NCBI GenBank assembly: GCA_964016885.1
Contig: CAXHJY010000142.1
Coordinates: 1-64,000, forward strand
DNA: 64,000 bases
Reading direction: 5' to 3'
Origin: Eledone cirrhosa
Lineage: Eukaryota
Both the position numbers and the translations under genes were made by a program. Numbering within the stretch: the stretch's first letter is position 1; each line of letters begins with the position of its first letter. The notes under the pieces were generated by a model. That model was not told the DNA's origin. It was given only the letters and a program-made list of their open reading frames with translations, and did no database searches. Shown here piece after piece: positions 12,920 to 25,668 of the stretch.

Positions 12920-13326
12920 AGAGGGAGAGAGAGAGACAGAGAGAGTTAGAGAGAGAAAGAGAGAATGAGAGAGTTAGAGGGGGAGAGAGAGAGACAGAGA
13001 GAGTTAGAGAGAGAGAGAGACAGAGAGAGTTAGAGAGAGAGAGAGAGAGAGAGTTAGAGGGAGAGAGAGAGAGAGAGTTAGAGGGAGAGAGAGAGAGAGA
13101 GAGAGTTAGAGGGAGAGAGAGAGAGACAGAGAGAGTTAGAGAGAGAGAGAGAGAATGAGAGAGATAGAGGGGGAGAGAGAGAGAGAGAGAGTTAGAGGGA
13201 GAGAGAGAGAGACAGAGAGAGTTAGAGGGAGAGAGAGAGAGACAGAGAGAGTTAGAGGGAGAGAGAGAGAATGAGAGAGATAGAGGGAGAGAGAGAGAGA
13301 CAGAGAGAGTTAGAGAGAGAGAGAGA
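11851..13326. repeat. 1.5-kb compound (GA)n polypurine tract with recurrent GACA, GTTA and GAAT interruptions
   Basis: Directly visible; ends about 11 bp from the exon 4 boundary. Confidence 0.95.
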
Positions 13327-13337
13327 CATGAAATTAC

Positions 13338-13461
13338 CTTAAGTAGTCGACTCATTTGATCATTTTTGTCCTTAGATTTTCCAGGTGTGGTAGAGTTTGA
13401 ACTTGGATCAGCAGTAACGTTGGGCCACACCCGTAAGTCATGCATGCCCTGGCGGAATGTT
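13338..13461 (-). CDS. PIK3C3: Vps34 coding exon 4
   Basis: CAG|A...AAG|GTAATT. 124 bp, (G)[41 protein letters not shown]; human [17 protein letters not shown]. Confidence 0.95.
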
Positions 13462-14002
13462 CTGGAAACAGAGACATATGTAATTACTGGTACCTAAGCC
13501 ACACTGAATAAACACATGCTTACATACACACATATACATACACACATGCTTACATACACACATATACATACACACATGCATACACACATATACATACACA
13601 CATGCATACACACATATACATACACACATGCATACACACATATACATACACACATGCATACACGCACACCCTATTTAGGTTCAGACAACACACACATAGA
13701 AACATACATAATAATGGAACAGTAAAAAAAAAAATATATATATACATATAATAATAATGAAATTATTGTGTAAAGTGCTCAGGTGCACTACAACTCATCA
13801 AAGGTGCATGTATAGTACATAGAATAATATACAAATGCCAGGGAAGTGAATAGTGTATGAGTCATGATATACATGTGTATATGTAAAATATTGCAAAAGT
13901 TCTACAATGTAAAAGCTATTAGAAACTGACTCACTCTCTATTGGTAAAAATTTATAAAATTATAAAATCCGAAGAACATACATACACACATACATATATA
14001 CA

Positions 14003-14280
14003 TGATGGCTACAAACTCTGGTAAGAATATTGCCAAGGTTTGGTGCACTTTTAGGCTACGGTCAGCCACACGAACCTGTAACATATCCTGAACAAGCAAT
14101 GCCTCTGCTTTGAAGGCTTTTTTAAGTGTGAAAAGGCCTTGCACTCTACTAATCCCACTCTCTGAGCATCGAAAACACTACCCGAAAAAGAGAACTGGTC
14201 AACATCATCGGATGCTTCTGAAGCCACAGGTTTTTTTTCAGAGTTTCAGTGACAACAACTGGGGGCCTTTCACTCCCAAC
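14003..14280 (-). mobile_element. (AT)n-associated element, 3' portion
   Basis: Minus strand GATGCTCAGAGAGTGGGATT...GAGTTTGTAGCCATCAT followed by a microsatellite; homologous to 28696-28927. Confidence 0.65.
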
Positions 14281-15015
14281 ATATATACATACATATGTAT
14301 ACATACATACATCATCATTATCGTTTAACATCCATCTTCCATGTTAACATGGTTTAGACAGTTTTGTTCCATTTGATGCGGGAATGGTCGGGAGACCGTG
14401 TCTTGCTCATACGGAAGGGTCTCTGGCAGGTTTTTTACACACACATATATACATACATACATATATACATACATATATACACATATATCATCATCACCGT
14501 TTTATGTCCGTTCTTCCACACTAGCATACATATATATATAATACATACATACACAAAAATACATTTACATACAAAAGTGTATATGTGTGATGTTGAAAAA
14601 TAATTTATGTGAAAAATAATTTAAGAGTGAAAAATAAAAGTACAAATAGCTAGTTAGCCATCTATGTAAATATATAGATGGCAACAGGCTGGTCCCTGAC
14701 AAAGTCCTCCTCTTCCTCCCGCGCATCAATCTAAATATTGATTTCTAAACTGGACACGAGGCCACAAATTTTGGAGCGGGGCCATAGCTGATTATTCTTA
14801 ATTGGTACCATATCTGATGGCATATGAAACCCAATTTGGGGGGCAGGAAGGTATAAAAAAAGAAGGCTTTAAAAATATCCATGTCCTATAAGCAAAGTTA
14901 AGCTACATTCTTTAATTAGATTAGATGAAAATGAGTCCCAGCAATAGCTGGGAGTTAACTCTGTGATGGACTGGCATCCTGTCCAGGGAACAGTATTATA
15001 CTCTCAGTCACTTAA

Positions 15016-15215
15016 CACTTTAGCATTTACATTATATATATTAATGCAATTTCATGGTTAAGTTCTCTCACATAATATTGAATCTATAAGGTTTTGATAT
15101 TATTTAACTTGAGAACCATACCTTAACATCAGTATGAGCAACCAGTTACAGCCGGTTTGAACAGAAAGAGGTGAGAGAATTCTGGCTGGATGTGACTGGT
15201 TTAAATGCTAAAGGG
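15016..15215 (+). mobile_element. TTAA MITE nested in a V-like SINE (14925-15270)
   Basis: SINE sequence CTCTCAGTCAC|TTAA ... TTAA|TACCGATGAAACTGGGATAA is split at a TTAA. Confidence 0.8.
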
Positions 15216-15638
15216 TTAATACCGATGAAACTGGGATAAACCCTGGCCTAATGCACCTCTGGGCTTGGGACAGCTGTAACTCTTCTTTTGAAATAAATTT
15301 ACCCATTTTAAAGGTTGCCAATTTAAATTAAAATCTTCCAACATAATTTTATATAAGAACCTTACATTAAGTTACTCTCTTAGTAATGAAATTAATAATA
15401 ATTTTAGTAAATTCTTCTAATGGTTTCTAATTTAGGCACAAGGTCAGCAATTTTGATAGAAGAGGGAGTTGATTATATCAACTCTGTATGTAACTAGATA
15501 GGTACTGTATTTTATTAACTCCGGAAGGATGGAAAGCAAAGTTGACCTCAGCAGGATTTGAACTGAGGACACAGAGAGAGCAAGAACAGGTGTTTAGCGA
15601 TGATGTAGAATTGTAGAAGAGAAGAACAGGACACTCAC

Positions 15639-15782
15639 CCTCGTTTACCAAACAAACTGATGACAGTACCGCCAACTGGTACTGATTTGTTGGTGCCATA
15701 GAGGTCCCAGACTGTAAGGGCCAACATAGCATTTCTTGGAAGATCACTGTATTTCACAGGTAATGTTAACCACTCATTCCAG
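15639..15782 (-). CDS. PIK3C3: Vps34 coding exon 3 (C2 domain)
   Basis: CAG|C...GG|GTGAGT. 144 bp, [47 protein letters not shown]; human [26 protein letters not shown]. Confidence 0.95.
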
Positions 15783-15836
15783 CTGTGAAAGAAAGAGACA
15801 ATAGAGGGTTAATCATAATCATCATCATCATTTTAA

Positions 15837-16057
15837 CCCTTTAGCATTTACATTACTCTATATATACTATTGTATTTTTGTGCTAAAGGCTTTATCTTAC
15901 ATAATTATCTCACATGATATCGAATCTATGAGATTTTGCTGTCATTTATTTTGAGAACAATACTTTAACATCAGTATGGGTGGTCAGTTACAGGTAGTTT
16001 GAACAGAAAGTGGTGAGAGAAGTCTGGCCAGATATGGCCAGTTTAAATGCTAAAGGG
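15837..16057 (+). mobile_element. TTAA MITE
   Basis: TTAA-CCCTTTAGCATTTA...TAAATGCTAAAGGG-TTAA. Confidence 0.85.
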
Positions 16058-16738
16058 TTAAAGTATTTTTTCAATGCTGGAATATGATTTTACAGACAAG
16101 GTCCACTGGCAGGTGACCCAGAGATAGACTAGGAGCAACATGGTTGAATAACATCCATAACATTGGTAGGTCATGCTTGGAGATCCAGCTGGATCATTTG
16201 GAGATGGTTGCTACTAACAGAATCCTCTGGAAGGTGTGTGTCAGTAGACTCTGCTGCCATGACTTTCTCAGGAATATGTGAGCGAAAAAGAAGATATATG
16301 TTGAGCAATAACTAACACACACCCACAAATGAACACATACTCAAAAATAAATACACACACCCACCCAGACAATCAAAGACATAGTCGCACACACAAATAA
16401 AACAAACAGGCACATACACAAAAATAAACAGACACACACACACTCAAACAGATGTATCCAAACAGACACACACAGAAACAGACACACATACACTCAAACA
16501 GACATATCCAAACAGACACACACAAACAGACATACACAAACAGACACATACACAAAAATAAGCAGACACACATAAACAAACATATACACAGACACACAGA
16601 CACAAATGTGCACATAAACACCAACATACAGACATGCACAAAAACAAACATATACACAGACACAAACTCATACACACAGAGAAAGTATAGTAGTATTTTA
16701 GTAAAGCAAGTTTTATGGTGAAACAGAAAGCTACTTAC

Positions 16739-16927
16739 TTCCATCTTGTGGTGAATGATTTGAAAGATGTCTGGACAGGAAGCGACAATGATCTGGAGTC
16801 AGAGAAGATTTGACACGTGACATAAAGGTCAGAACAGCCTTCAGTATAGACCCCAGAAAATTTTAGAATTGGATCATTCAGGAAGTCTTTGTAACTTGGT
16901 CTATTACGGCATCCTTCCAGCGTGCCT
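16739..16927 (-). CDS. PIK3C3: Vps34 coding exon 2
   Basis: TAG|A...AA|GTAAGT. 189 bp, [62 protein letters not shown]; human [24 protein letters not shown]. Confidence 0.95.
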
Positions 16928-17075
16928 CTACAATATAGAAAATAATGGTTCTTGGTGATTTAGGTACAAGGATAACAATTTTTTGGGGAGGGGAAAGTCG
17001 ATTAAATCGACCTTAGTGTGTTACTGGTACTTTATTTTGTTGACTGCAGTAAAGATTCTACAGAAAAATTTATTT

Positions 17076-17330
17076 TGAAAGTGTAAGGCCCGATGTGTGT
17101 GTAAATTAAGTGACAGGTATTTGTATGTATGTGTGTATATGTATGTATGTGTGTATGAAAGTGTAAGGCCAATGTGTGTGTAAATTAAGTGACAGGTATT
17201 TGTATGTATGTGTGTATATGTATGTATGTGTGTATGAAAGTGTAAGGCCGATGTGTGTGTACATTAAGTGACAGGTATTTGTATGTATGTGTGTATATGT
17301 ATGTATGTGTGTATATGTATGTATGTATGT
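17076..17330. repeat. About 80-bp tandem repeat, 3 copies
   Basis: TGAAAGTGTAAGGCC...TTAAGTGACAGGTATTTGTATG at 17076, 17156 and 17235. Confidence 0.85.
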
Positions 17331-18134
17331 ATTAAAGGTTGAAAGTTACTTCAACATAAAAATTGACTTTGAAAGTATAAGGCTGATAATTGAATGTAAA
17401 AAGATTGATAAGAAAGGCCCCAAAAAAAACTACAGGTCTTTGTATGTATGTGTGTATTTTTATGTCGAAAATAAAGGGTTAAAGTTACTTATACAGAAAA
17501 ATATAGTTTGAAAGTGTAAGGCCGATTGAAAAACTTAGTTTAGTAAATGAAAGTCAGCTTCGGAAATGGAGTTTGAACGCGCTAATACAAACACACACAC
17601 ATATATCCATCTTTTAGTGTGTCTGTTTGTTTCTCTCTCCCTCTTTATCATTATATCCCTCTTTATCATAATATGCTATTGTTATTTCTAAAACAAACTG
17701 TGTATGCGTTGATTGATTGAAATTCCTGCGTTCCTGTTTCTATGATGTCAATCGTAACCATACCAACATATATGTGTGTGTATGCACCCACATATATGTG
17801 TGTATATGTTTGTTTTCAATGTTTCTCTTTTTCACAAACACTTATAAGAGAAGGTAGCAATTTTAAGGGGAGGTGATGAAGGGAGTAGATATAGGAAACG
17901 TATATCATATGAGAGAGGAGAAATCATCGATTGTTGAAATAAATCGATTTTTCCGTAATTGGGGCATTTTTTACCCAATAAGTTCGCCCATGACCCAAGT
18001 TAGAATATTTGTAAACATTCTGCTTAATTATTCATTCAATATTTTTGGAATTGTGTAAATGTATAACATTGAAACATACATACAGACACAAAAATCTGCC
18101 TTTTATAGATAATGATACATACACACACACACAC

Positions 18135-18186
<52 letters not shown>

Positions 18187-18191
18187 GTATT

Positions 18192-18384
18192 AGTTTTAAT
18201 ATACAAGAGCTTCTACAGGACTAGAACTGTTTCATGTGTGAGAAATCATCAGGAAGCTTCCTGGTGATTTCTCAAGAATGAAACAGTTCTAGTCCTGTAG
18301 AAGCTCTTCTATATTAAAACTTTTATACCCTGCTATGTATTGAGTACCTTATTTACTGTGGTTACTCCCGATTCAACCTGTTAT

Positions 18385-18387
<3 letters not shown>
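18192..18387. mobile_element. Palindromic hammerhead-bearing Penelope-like pseudo-LTR element between (AT)n tracts
   Basis: 65-bp arms (18192-18256 / 18257-18321) centred on GAAGCTTC. Each arm has a hammerhead fold (AGCTTC-CTG.TGA-stem II-GAAACAG-TTCTAGTC-CTGTA-GAAGCT). Tail ATGTATTGAGTACCTT. Confidence 0.7.
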
Positions 18388-18429
<42 letters not shown>

Positions 18430-18859
18430 ACACACATCATCATCATCATCATCATCATCATTTCATTTTACGTCTGCTTTTTCCCTGCTTGCACGGGTGA
18501 GACGGGAACTGATTCTGGCTTGATTTCTACAGCTGGATGCCCTTCCTAACACCAACCTCATTTACAGTGAGTGCTGGGTGCTTTTTTGCCGTGGCACCTC
18601 CACGACCACTCTGCAGTGGAATGATAGGGACCTCAGTCCTATCATCTCATTTCTACAGGTGAGTAAACTGGAGCAATGTGAAATAAAGTGTCTTGCTCAA
18701 GGAAACAACACAACACCCGGTCTGAGAATTGAACTCACAACCTTTCGATTACAAGGCCAATGCTCTAACCACTAAGCCATTCATATATATAGAGAAGAAT
18801 ATTTAGACTTTACTCCATTTTATATCACAATATTATCTGCAACAAGCCAAGGAATGGAC

Positions 18860-19325
18860 CTCTACTTGGCTGCTTGGTTTGTAGAAATAGCAGCTAAATA
18901 TCTCAAATCCCACCCTACTATCTTAACATCGACACACTAGATAATGTATTCCTTGACACATTATCTTGAAATACACACATAAATAGGATGTGATGTTCAC
19001 AGCTGGAAAGCCTTTTGATCATAAATCTACTTGACCTGGGGCTAAACAAAAACAACAAGATGTGTAATGATCTTTTGATCATAGGTCTACTTGATCAGAG
19101 CTGACCTAGGGCTAAACAACAACGTTATCTGTAATAATCTTTTGATCATAGGTCTACTTGATCACAGCTGACCTAGGGCCAAACAACAACGTTATCTGTA
19201 ATAATCTTTTGATCATAGGTCTACATGATCACAGCTGACCTAGGGCCAAATAACAACGTTATCTGTAATAATCTTTTGATCATAGGTTTACTTGATCACA
19301 GCTGACCTAGGGCCAAACAACAACA
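18860..19325 (+). repeat. SINE-like element whose 3' tail is amplified into a 67-bp minisatellite (about 5 copies)
   Basis: CTTTTGATCATAGGTCTACTTGATC...GCTGACCTAGGGC.AAACAACAAC at 19072, 19139, 19206 and 19273; a single copy of the same tail is at 27742-27800. Confidence 0.8.
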
Positions 19326-19611
19326 CCATTATCTGAAATAGTCTTTAGACCCAATTATGTCCACAGACATAACTACTCCATCTCATACATTATCTAACTC
19401 CACTTACATTTTCTCTCCATCTCCCCTCCCTCCTTCTCTCTCTTCCTCTCCCTCTTACTCCTAATCTATATTAGTTCTATTTATCTGAAATCTTTGATAT
19501 CTCATTTCCTCCATCTGTTGTTCAGTTCCACCACTCCACACCACCCTTACTCTAGCTACACCTTTTTATTTTCCACCATATATTTTGTCTACAACAATGA
19601 TGTTAGTTTTA

Positions 19612-20438
19612 GGTTTGTAATGGCTCAATTACTAGTCCCTTGCCTTTGTAATGGCTCAATTACTGGTCCCTTGCCTTTGTAATGGCTCAATTACTGGTCC
19701 CTTGCCTTTGTAATGGCTCAATTACTGGTTCCCTGCCTTTGTAATGGTTCAATTACTGGTTCCCTGCCTTTGTAATGGCTCAATTACTGGTTCCTTACCT
19801 TTGTAATGACTCAATTCCTAGTTCCCTGCCTTTGTAATGGCTCAATTATTGGTTCCCTGCCTTTGTAATGGCTCAATTACTGGTTCCCTGCCTTTCTAAT
19901 GACTCAATTCCTAGTTTCCTGCCTTTGTAATGACTCAATTACTGGTTCCCTGCCTTTGTAATGGCTCAATTACTGGTCCCTTGCCTTTGTAATGGCTCAA
20001 TTACTGGTTCCTTACCTTTGTAATGACTCAATTCCTAGTTCCCTGCCTTTGTAATGGCTCAATTACTGGTTCCTTACCTTTGTAATGACTCAATTACTAG
20101 TCCCTTGCCTTTGTAATGGCTCAATTACTGGTCCCTTGCCTTTGTAATGGCTCAATTACTGGTCCCTTGCCTTGTAATGGCTCAATTACTGGTTCCCTGC
20201 CTTTGTAATGGTTCAATTACTGGTTCCCTGCCTTTGTAATGGCTCAATTACTGGTTCCTTACCTTTGTAATGACTCAATTCCTAGTTCCCTGCCTTTGTA
20301 ATGGCTCAATTATTGGTTCCCTGCCTTTGTAATGGCTCAATTACTGGTTCCCTGCCTTTCTAATGACTCAATTCCTAGTTTCCTGCCTTTGTAATGACTC
20401 AATTACTGGTTCCCTGCCTTTGTAATGACTCAATTACT
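19612..20438. repeat. 31-bp minisatellite (about 26 copies)
   Basis: Unit CTTTGTAATGGCTCAATTACTGGTTCCCTGC. Confidence 0.95.
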
Positions 20439-21039
20439 TTCGGTATCTGGGAGATATGGGGTTCCTCATAGCAGCCTATAGCAACTTCATTTTTTGTGTT
20501 GATGATTGTATACATATATAGATATACAGGAGGGGTACACTATAATGTTTTAAGTGCTTAGGACCTCAAAAGGGTTAAATCCTGCCCAGGCTTCCCCCAC
20601 AAGCTCACACATACATATACACTAGCTACATTTATCAATTGGTCTCATTAAAATATTACATATTTATCCAAGCAGTGAAATCTATTTGATCAATACCTAG
20701 TCTACGTTGATAACATACCATGATCAATAACTACCTTATGGTGCTGTCATTTCAGATGTTGTCTTTAGATAATTATTCTATATAAGAGAGCCCAAACCCA
20801 TAACCTTCTTAGAGTGGAACACAGTAATAGACGAGTGTAACAGCATTGCAGTTAATAGTTGGTTTTAAATATTGACGATAGGTATACTCTAGTGTTAGTG
20901 CCCACATAAAAGGGCACACAGTATGTGCAGGAAAGGGGTTAGGGATAGGAAAATCATCCAGCAATTAAAAATCATGTTACCCCTTTTCCCAAAAAACGAG
21001 AATTTATGTTAGAAATACGGAGAGAAAGGCAGAGCTTGG

Positions 21040-21360
21040 ATGAACTGATCGAGAAATTGGTTTTAAGAGGAATCTGAAGAGGTGTGTAAGAGAGAAGACT
21101 GTGTTGGTATGGACATTTTATGTGCATGGATGATGACTGCTGGGTGAATAAGTGCCAGGAAATCCCAGTGGAGGGAAGCTGCAGTAGAGGTAGACCAAGG
21201 AAGAACTGGGCCAAGGTGGTGAGAGCTGATCTCAAATCACTGAAACTCACAGAGGAAATGAAGAAGGAACACAGCAAATGGAGAGATGCTGTGCTGAAAA
21301 GGACCCGTCAAACTCATGTAGCTTGGTAAAATGGACATAAAAACAGTGATGATGATGATA
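21040..21360 (+). mobile_element. RTE LINE 3' end (degenerate)
   Basis: RRLCWYGHFMCMDDDCWVNKCQEIPVEGSCSRGRPRKNW; tail AAATGGACATAAAAACAGTGATGATG. Confidence 0.85.
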
Positions 21361-21564
21361 TATACATACACATGTAAAAACGGTGATGATGCTTTACGTC
21401 CATTTTCCACACTAGCATGGGTTAGACGAGTTGTTCTGTTGGGGGCAATGCTAGGTCAGGTGACCATGTCTTGCTCATACAGAATTGATTTTGGCTTGGT
21501 TTCTACAGCTGGATGCCCTTCCTAAAACTAATCTCATTTACAGTGTGGACTTGGTGCTTTTTGT

Positions 21565-21612
<48 letters not shown>

Positions 21613-21865
21613 TATATACATACACATGTACATATGTATGTATGAGTGTTTGAATATATATATCATCATTTGAACAGATGTTTGATTATGATGATGATAT
21701 ATATAGCTAACTATTAACCTATTGGATGTCTGTTGATTAGTTTAAGTTTAAAAGCTCATTTTCAATATTTGCCTTTCTCTTTCTTTACATATAGATATTT
21801 CTATATTAAATGTTGACTTTATTTATAAATATGCATACACACTATAGCGGACGTAAAATGATGAT

Positions 21866-22862
21866 GTTATAGTGTACATGTATATTTCTATATAAATTGT
21901 ATACATACATATTTATATATAAATTATATACATACGTATTTCTATATAAATTGTATACATACATATTTATATATAAATTATATACATACGTATTTATATA
22001 TAAATTATATACAGGTATATTTATATTTATATATACAGTGTAGATGCATATTTATATTTATATATATAGTGTACATGCATATTTATATATAAATTGTATA
22101 CATACATATTTATATATAAATTGTATACATACATATTTATATATAAATTATATACATACGTATTTATATATAAATTATATACAGGTATATTTATATTTAT
22201 ATATACAGTGTAGATGCATATTTATATATATATATAGTGTACATGCAAATTTTATATAAATTGTATACATGCATATTTATATATAAATTGTATACATACA
22301 TATTTATATATAAATTGTGTATATGCATATTTATATATAAATTGTATACATACATATTTATATATAAATTATATACATACGTATTTATATATAAATTATA
22401 TACAGGTATATTTATATTTATATATACAGTGTAGATGCATATTTATATATATATATAGTGTACATGCAAATTTTATATAAATTGTATACATGCATATTTA
22501 TATATAAATTGTATACATACATATTTATATATAAATTGTGTATATGCATATTTATATATAAATTGTATACATACATATTTATATATAAATTATATACATA
22601 CGTATTTATATATAAATTATATACAGGTATATTTATATTTATATATACAGTGTAGATGCATATTTATATATATATATAGTGTACATGCAAATTTTATATA
22701 AATTGTATACATGCATATTTATATATAAATTGTATACATACATATTTATATATAAATTGTGTACATACATATTTATATATAAATTGTGTATATGCATATT
22801 TATATATAAATTGTATACATAGATATTTATATGTAAATTGTGTAGATGCATATTTATATATA
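21866..22862. repeat. AT-rich short-unit satellite with 221-bp higher-order period
   Basis: Identical ORF translations at 22237 and 22458 give the 221-bp period; subunit ATATTTATATATAAATTGTATACATAC. Confidence 0.9.
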
Positions 22863-23044
22863 AAATCAACATTTAAAATAAAAATATAGAAATATATAAA
22901 CAGTCAATTGTACAGGATTATAACAGATGTAATGTTCTGGATGTTGTATATGCCACAATAACATATCTACTTAGGAAATGGTAGTAACTGTTCAGGATCT
23001 GTGAGTATAACTCTAGAATGGAGTGGTACTTACATATTACTTAA

Positions 23045-23278
23045 CCCTTTAGCATTTACATTACTCTATATTTACTACTGTATTTTCATGGTAAAGGCTT
23101 TACCTCACATGATTATTTCACATAATTACCTCACATAATATCGAATCTATGAGATTCTGATATTATTTACTTTGAGAACAATACCTTAACATAAGCATGA
23201 GCAGCCGGTTACAGCTATTTTGAACAGAAAGAGATGAGAGAATTCTGGCTAGATATGGCCAGTTTAAATGCTAAAGGG
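23045..23278 (+). mobile_element. TTAA MITE
   Basis: TIRs and TTAA on both sides; adjacent to a roughly 30-bp tandem repeat at 23340-23505. Confidence 0.85.
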
Positions 23279-24035
23279 TTAAAAAAACTGTTGCTAACTG
23301 TTCAGAATATGTATAACTCTGGAATGGAGAGGTACATATTATTTAAAAGACTGGAGTGGTTCTCACACATTACTTAAAAGATTGGAGTGGTACTCACATA
23401 TTACTTATAAGATTGGAGTGGTACTCACATATTATTTAAAAGACTGGAGTGGTTCACACATTACTTAAAAGATTGGAGTGGTACTCACATATTACTTAAA
23501 AGACTGTTGTTAACTGTTTACAATAATTTCTTGGGCTTCTTTGAGAAATAATGGAAATGAAATGAAAATCTTTACTCCTGTTTTAAATATGACTTCCAAC
23601 ATAGGCAAAGATATTCATCATACTGGCCCCAGTACTTGGAAAGTGGGTGACAAGGTGACAGGATCAATCCAAGGCCACATCAGAGCACTAGCGATGATAT
23701 GATAGCCAATGTGACATGTTAAGTGAAGTGAAATGATTATCACTGGGAATCGAACCTTGTACCTTGGACTCAATAGTTTACCACCTATTTACTATGTTAT
23801 ACAGCACTTGGCAGCAAGAAATGTTACCAAAGCCAAGTCTGAGAGTCTGACAATCTCAGCTGACATTTCATGTTGATCTATATTATAAGTGAACTTATTT
23901 ACACCAAAGAAGGCCTGACCTTCATTAGTGTAAGGGTTAGAAAATATTTCATCACTGAAATAGTTGTTTTATTGACCTTTTACAGTGGAACATATGTGAC
24001 AATAACAGTACTATAGAGATAGATAGATAGAAAGA

Positions 24036-24070
<35 letters not shown>

Positions 24071-24071
<1 letters not shown>

Positions 24072-24705
24072 CTATGTCGGGTCACTCTTGAGCGCTACTG
24101 GAAACATGTAACCCAGTACAACCTGTCACATAGTCGGGTCATCGGCGACTAAAGTGGCAACCCCACCAATTTAATTTGTGAGGAGGGTGCTTTTGGACAC
24201 CCTGCAGGACAAAAAAACAAAACCTGACAAAGGGCGGAAGAACTCATAAGAGTCAACGACCATCCAAAAGTGTGTAAACATGTATATATACATGTACATA
24301 TATATGTATATATGTATATGTGTATATAGATGGGTGCATGTGTATGTATATGCGCGGGGACATAGAAAAAGTCGGGCTGGACACCCGATCGTACGGTTAA
24401 ACCACTGGGAGTGACGGACCTCTAGCCTTTGTCAGGGCATTCTTCTAGGAGAAGGCAACTCAGGAAACTGGGATAACTCCGATATAAAACCTGCGGTTCA
24501 GTAGTTACCGATGATGTTGATCTTTTCTTCTTTTCGGGTTATAGCTACTGTCGCTGAGAGAGTGGGATTGGCTCAGTGCACAGTCTTTCCTCACTTTAAA
24601 AAAATATCTTCACGCACAGGCATTGCACGATAGAATTAATTAATAATTATTAATAATGGTATAACGTGCAATGGCCATACTCGATAATGAGGGGACAGCC
24701 ATCAT
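24071..24705 (+). mobile_element. (AT)n-associated element, most complete copy (internal microsatellite 24271-24355)
   Basis: Head homologous to 3165-3302 (minus); body CTAGCCTTTGTCAGGGC...GAGAGTGGGATTGG; end GACAGCCATCAT(AT)n. Confidence 0.75.
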
Positions 24706-25389
24706 ATATATATATATACATACATATGATAGATAGATATGTTTTTTTATTAGCCACAGGGGCACAAAAGATGGGGACAAATACAAAGGGGGAAGTTTAC
24801 ATACAATAAAAAACGTGTAAAATGTTATCACAAATGCAATTTGATAGATAGATAGATGGATAGATAGATAGATAGATAGACAAATAGTTAGATGGATAGA
24901 CAGATAGAGATAGATATAGAGAGAGATGGATAGATGGGTGGATGGAGGGATAGATATAGGGATAGATAGATAGATGGATGGATAGTTAGCTAGCTTGAGA
25001 GATAGATAGAGAGAGAGATACATAGATAGAGAGAAAGATGGATAGAAATATAGATATATAGAAAGATAATGGAGGAGTAGCTAGATAGATGGATAGATAA
25101 ATGGAGAATGGGTGGAACATATGTGACACTTACATAACGGTACAACAGAGATAGATAGAGAGATGGATAAAGGGAGAGGGGGTTCAAGATAGAAAAAGTG
25201 AGAGCGAACAGCTGTTGTACAGAGAAACATTACACTATCCTCTCCCCCACTACCAAACAACTTGTTATACAACTGATTACTAAACCACCACACACCAATA
25301 TAACCATACAGCCACCACCTACTACAACTACCACTGTACTACAACCACAACTACAACAACCACTAGCTCCATGGACACTTCCCCAGGGT

Positions 25390-25668
25390 GGGCAAGAGAG
25401 AAGATTGTGTTGGCATGGGCATATGATGCACATGGATGATGATAACTGGGTGAAGAAGTGCCACGAAATCCCAGTGTAAAGAAGCCGCAGTAGAGGCAGA
25501 CCAAGGAAGACCTGGGCAGAGGTCGTGAGAGCTGATCTCAAGTTGTTGAGACACACAAGGGAGATGACAAATGAGTGCAGTGTGTAGAGGGATGCTGTGC
25601 TGAAAAGGACCCACTAAACCCATGCAATCGTGGAAAAATGGGCGTAAAACGATGATGATGTCGATGAT
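25390..25668 (+). mobile_element. RTE LINE 3' end (degenerate)
   Basis: QERRLCWHGHMMHMDDDNWVKKCHEIPV*...RGRPRKTW; tail CCATGCAATCGTGGAAAAATGGGCGTAAAACGATGATG. Confidence 0.85.
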
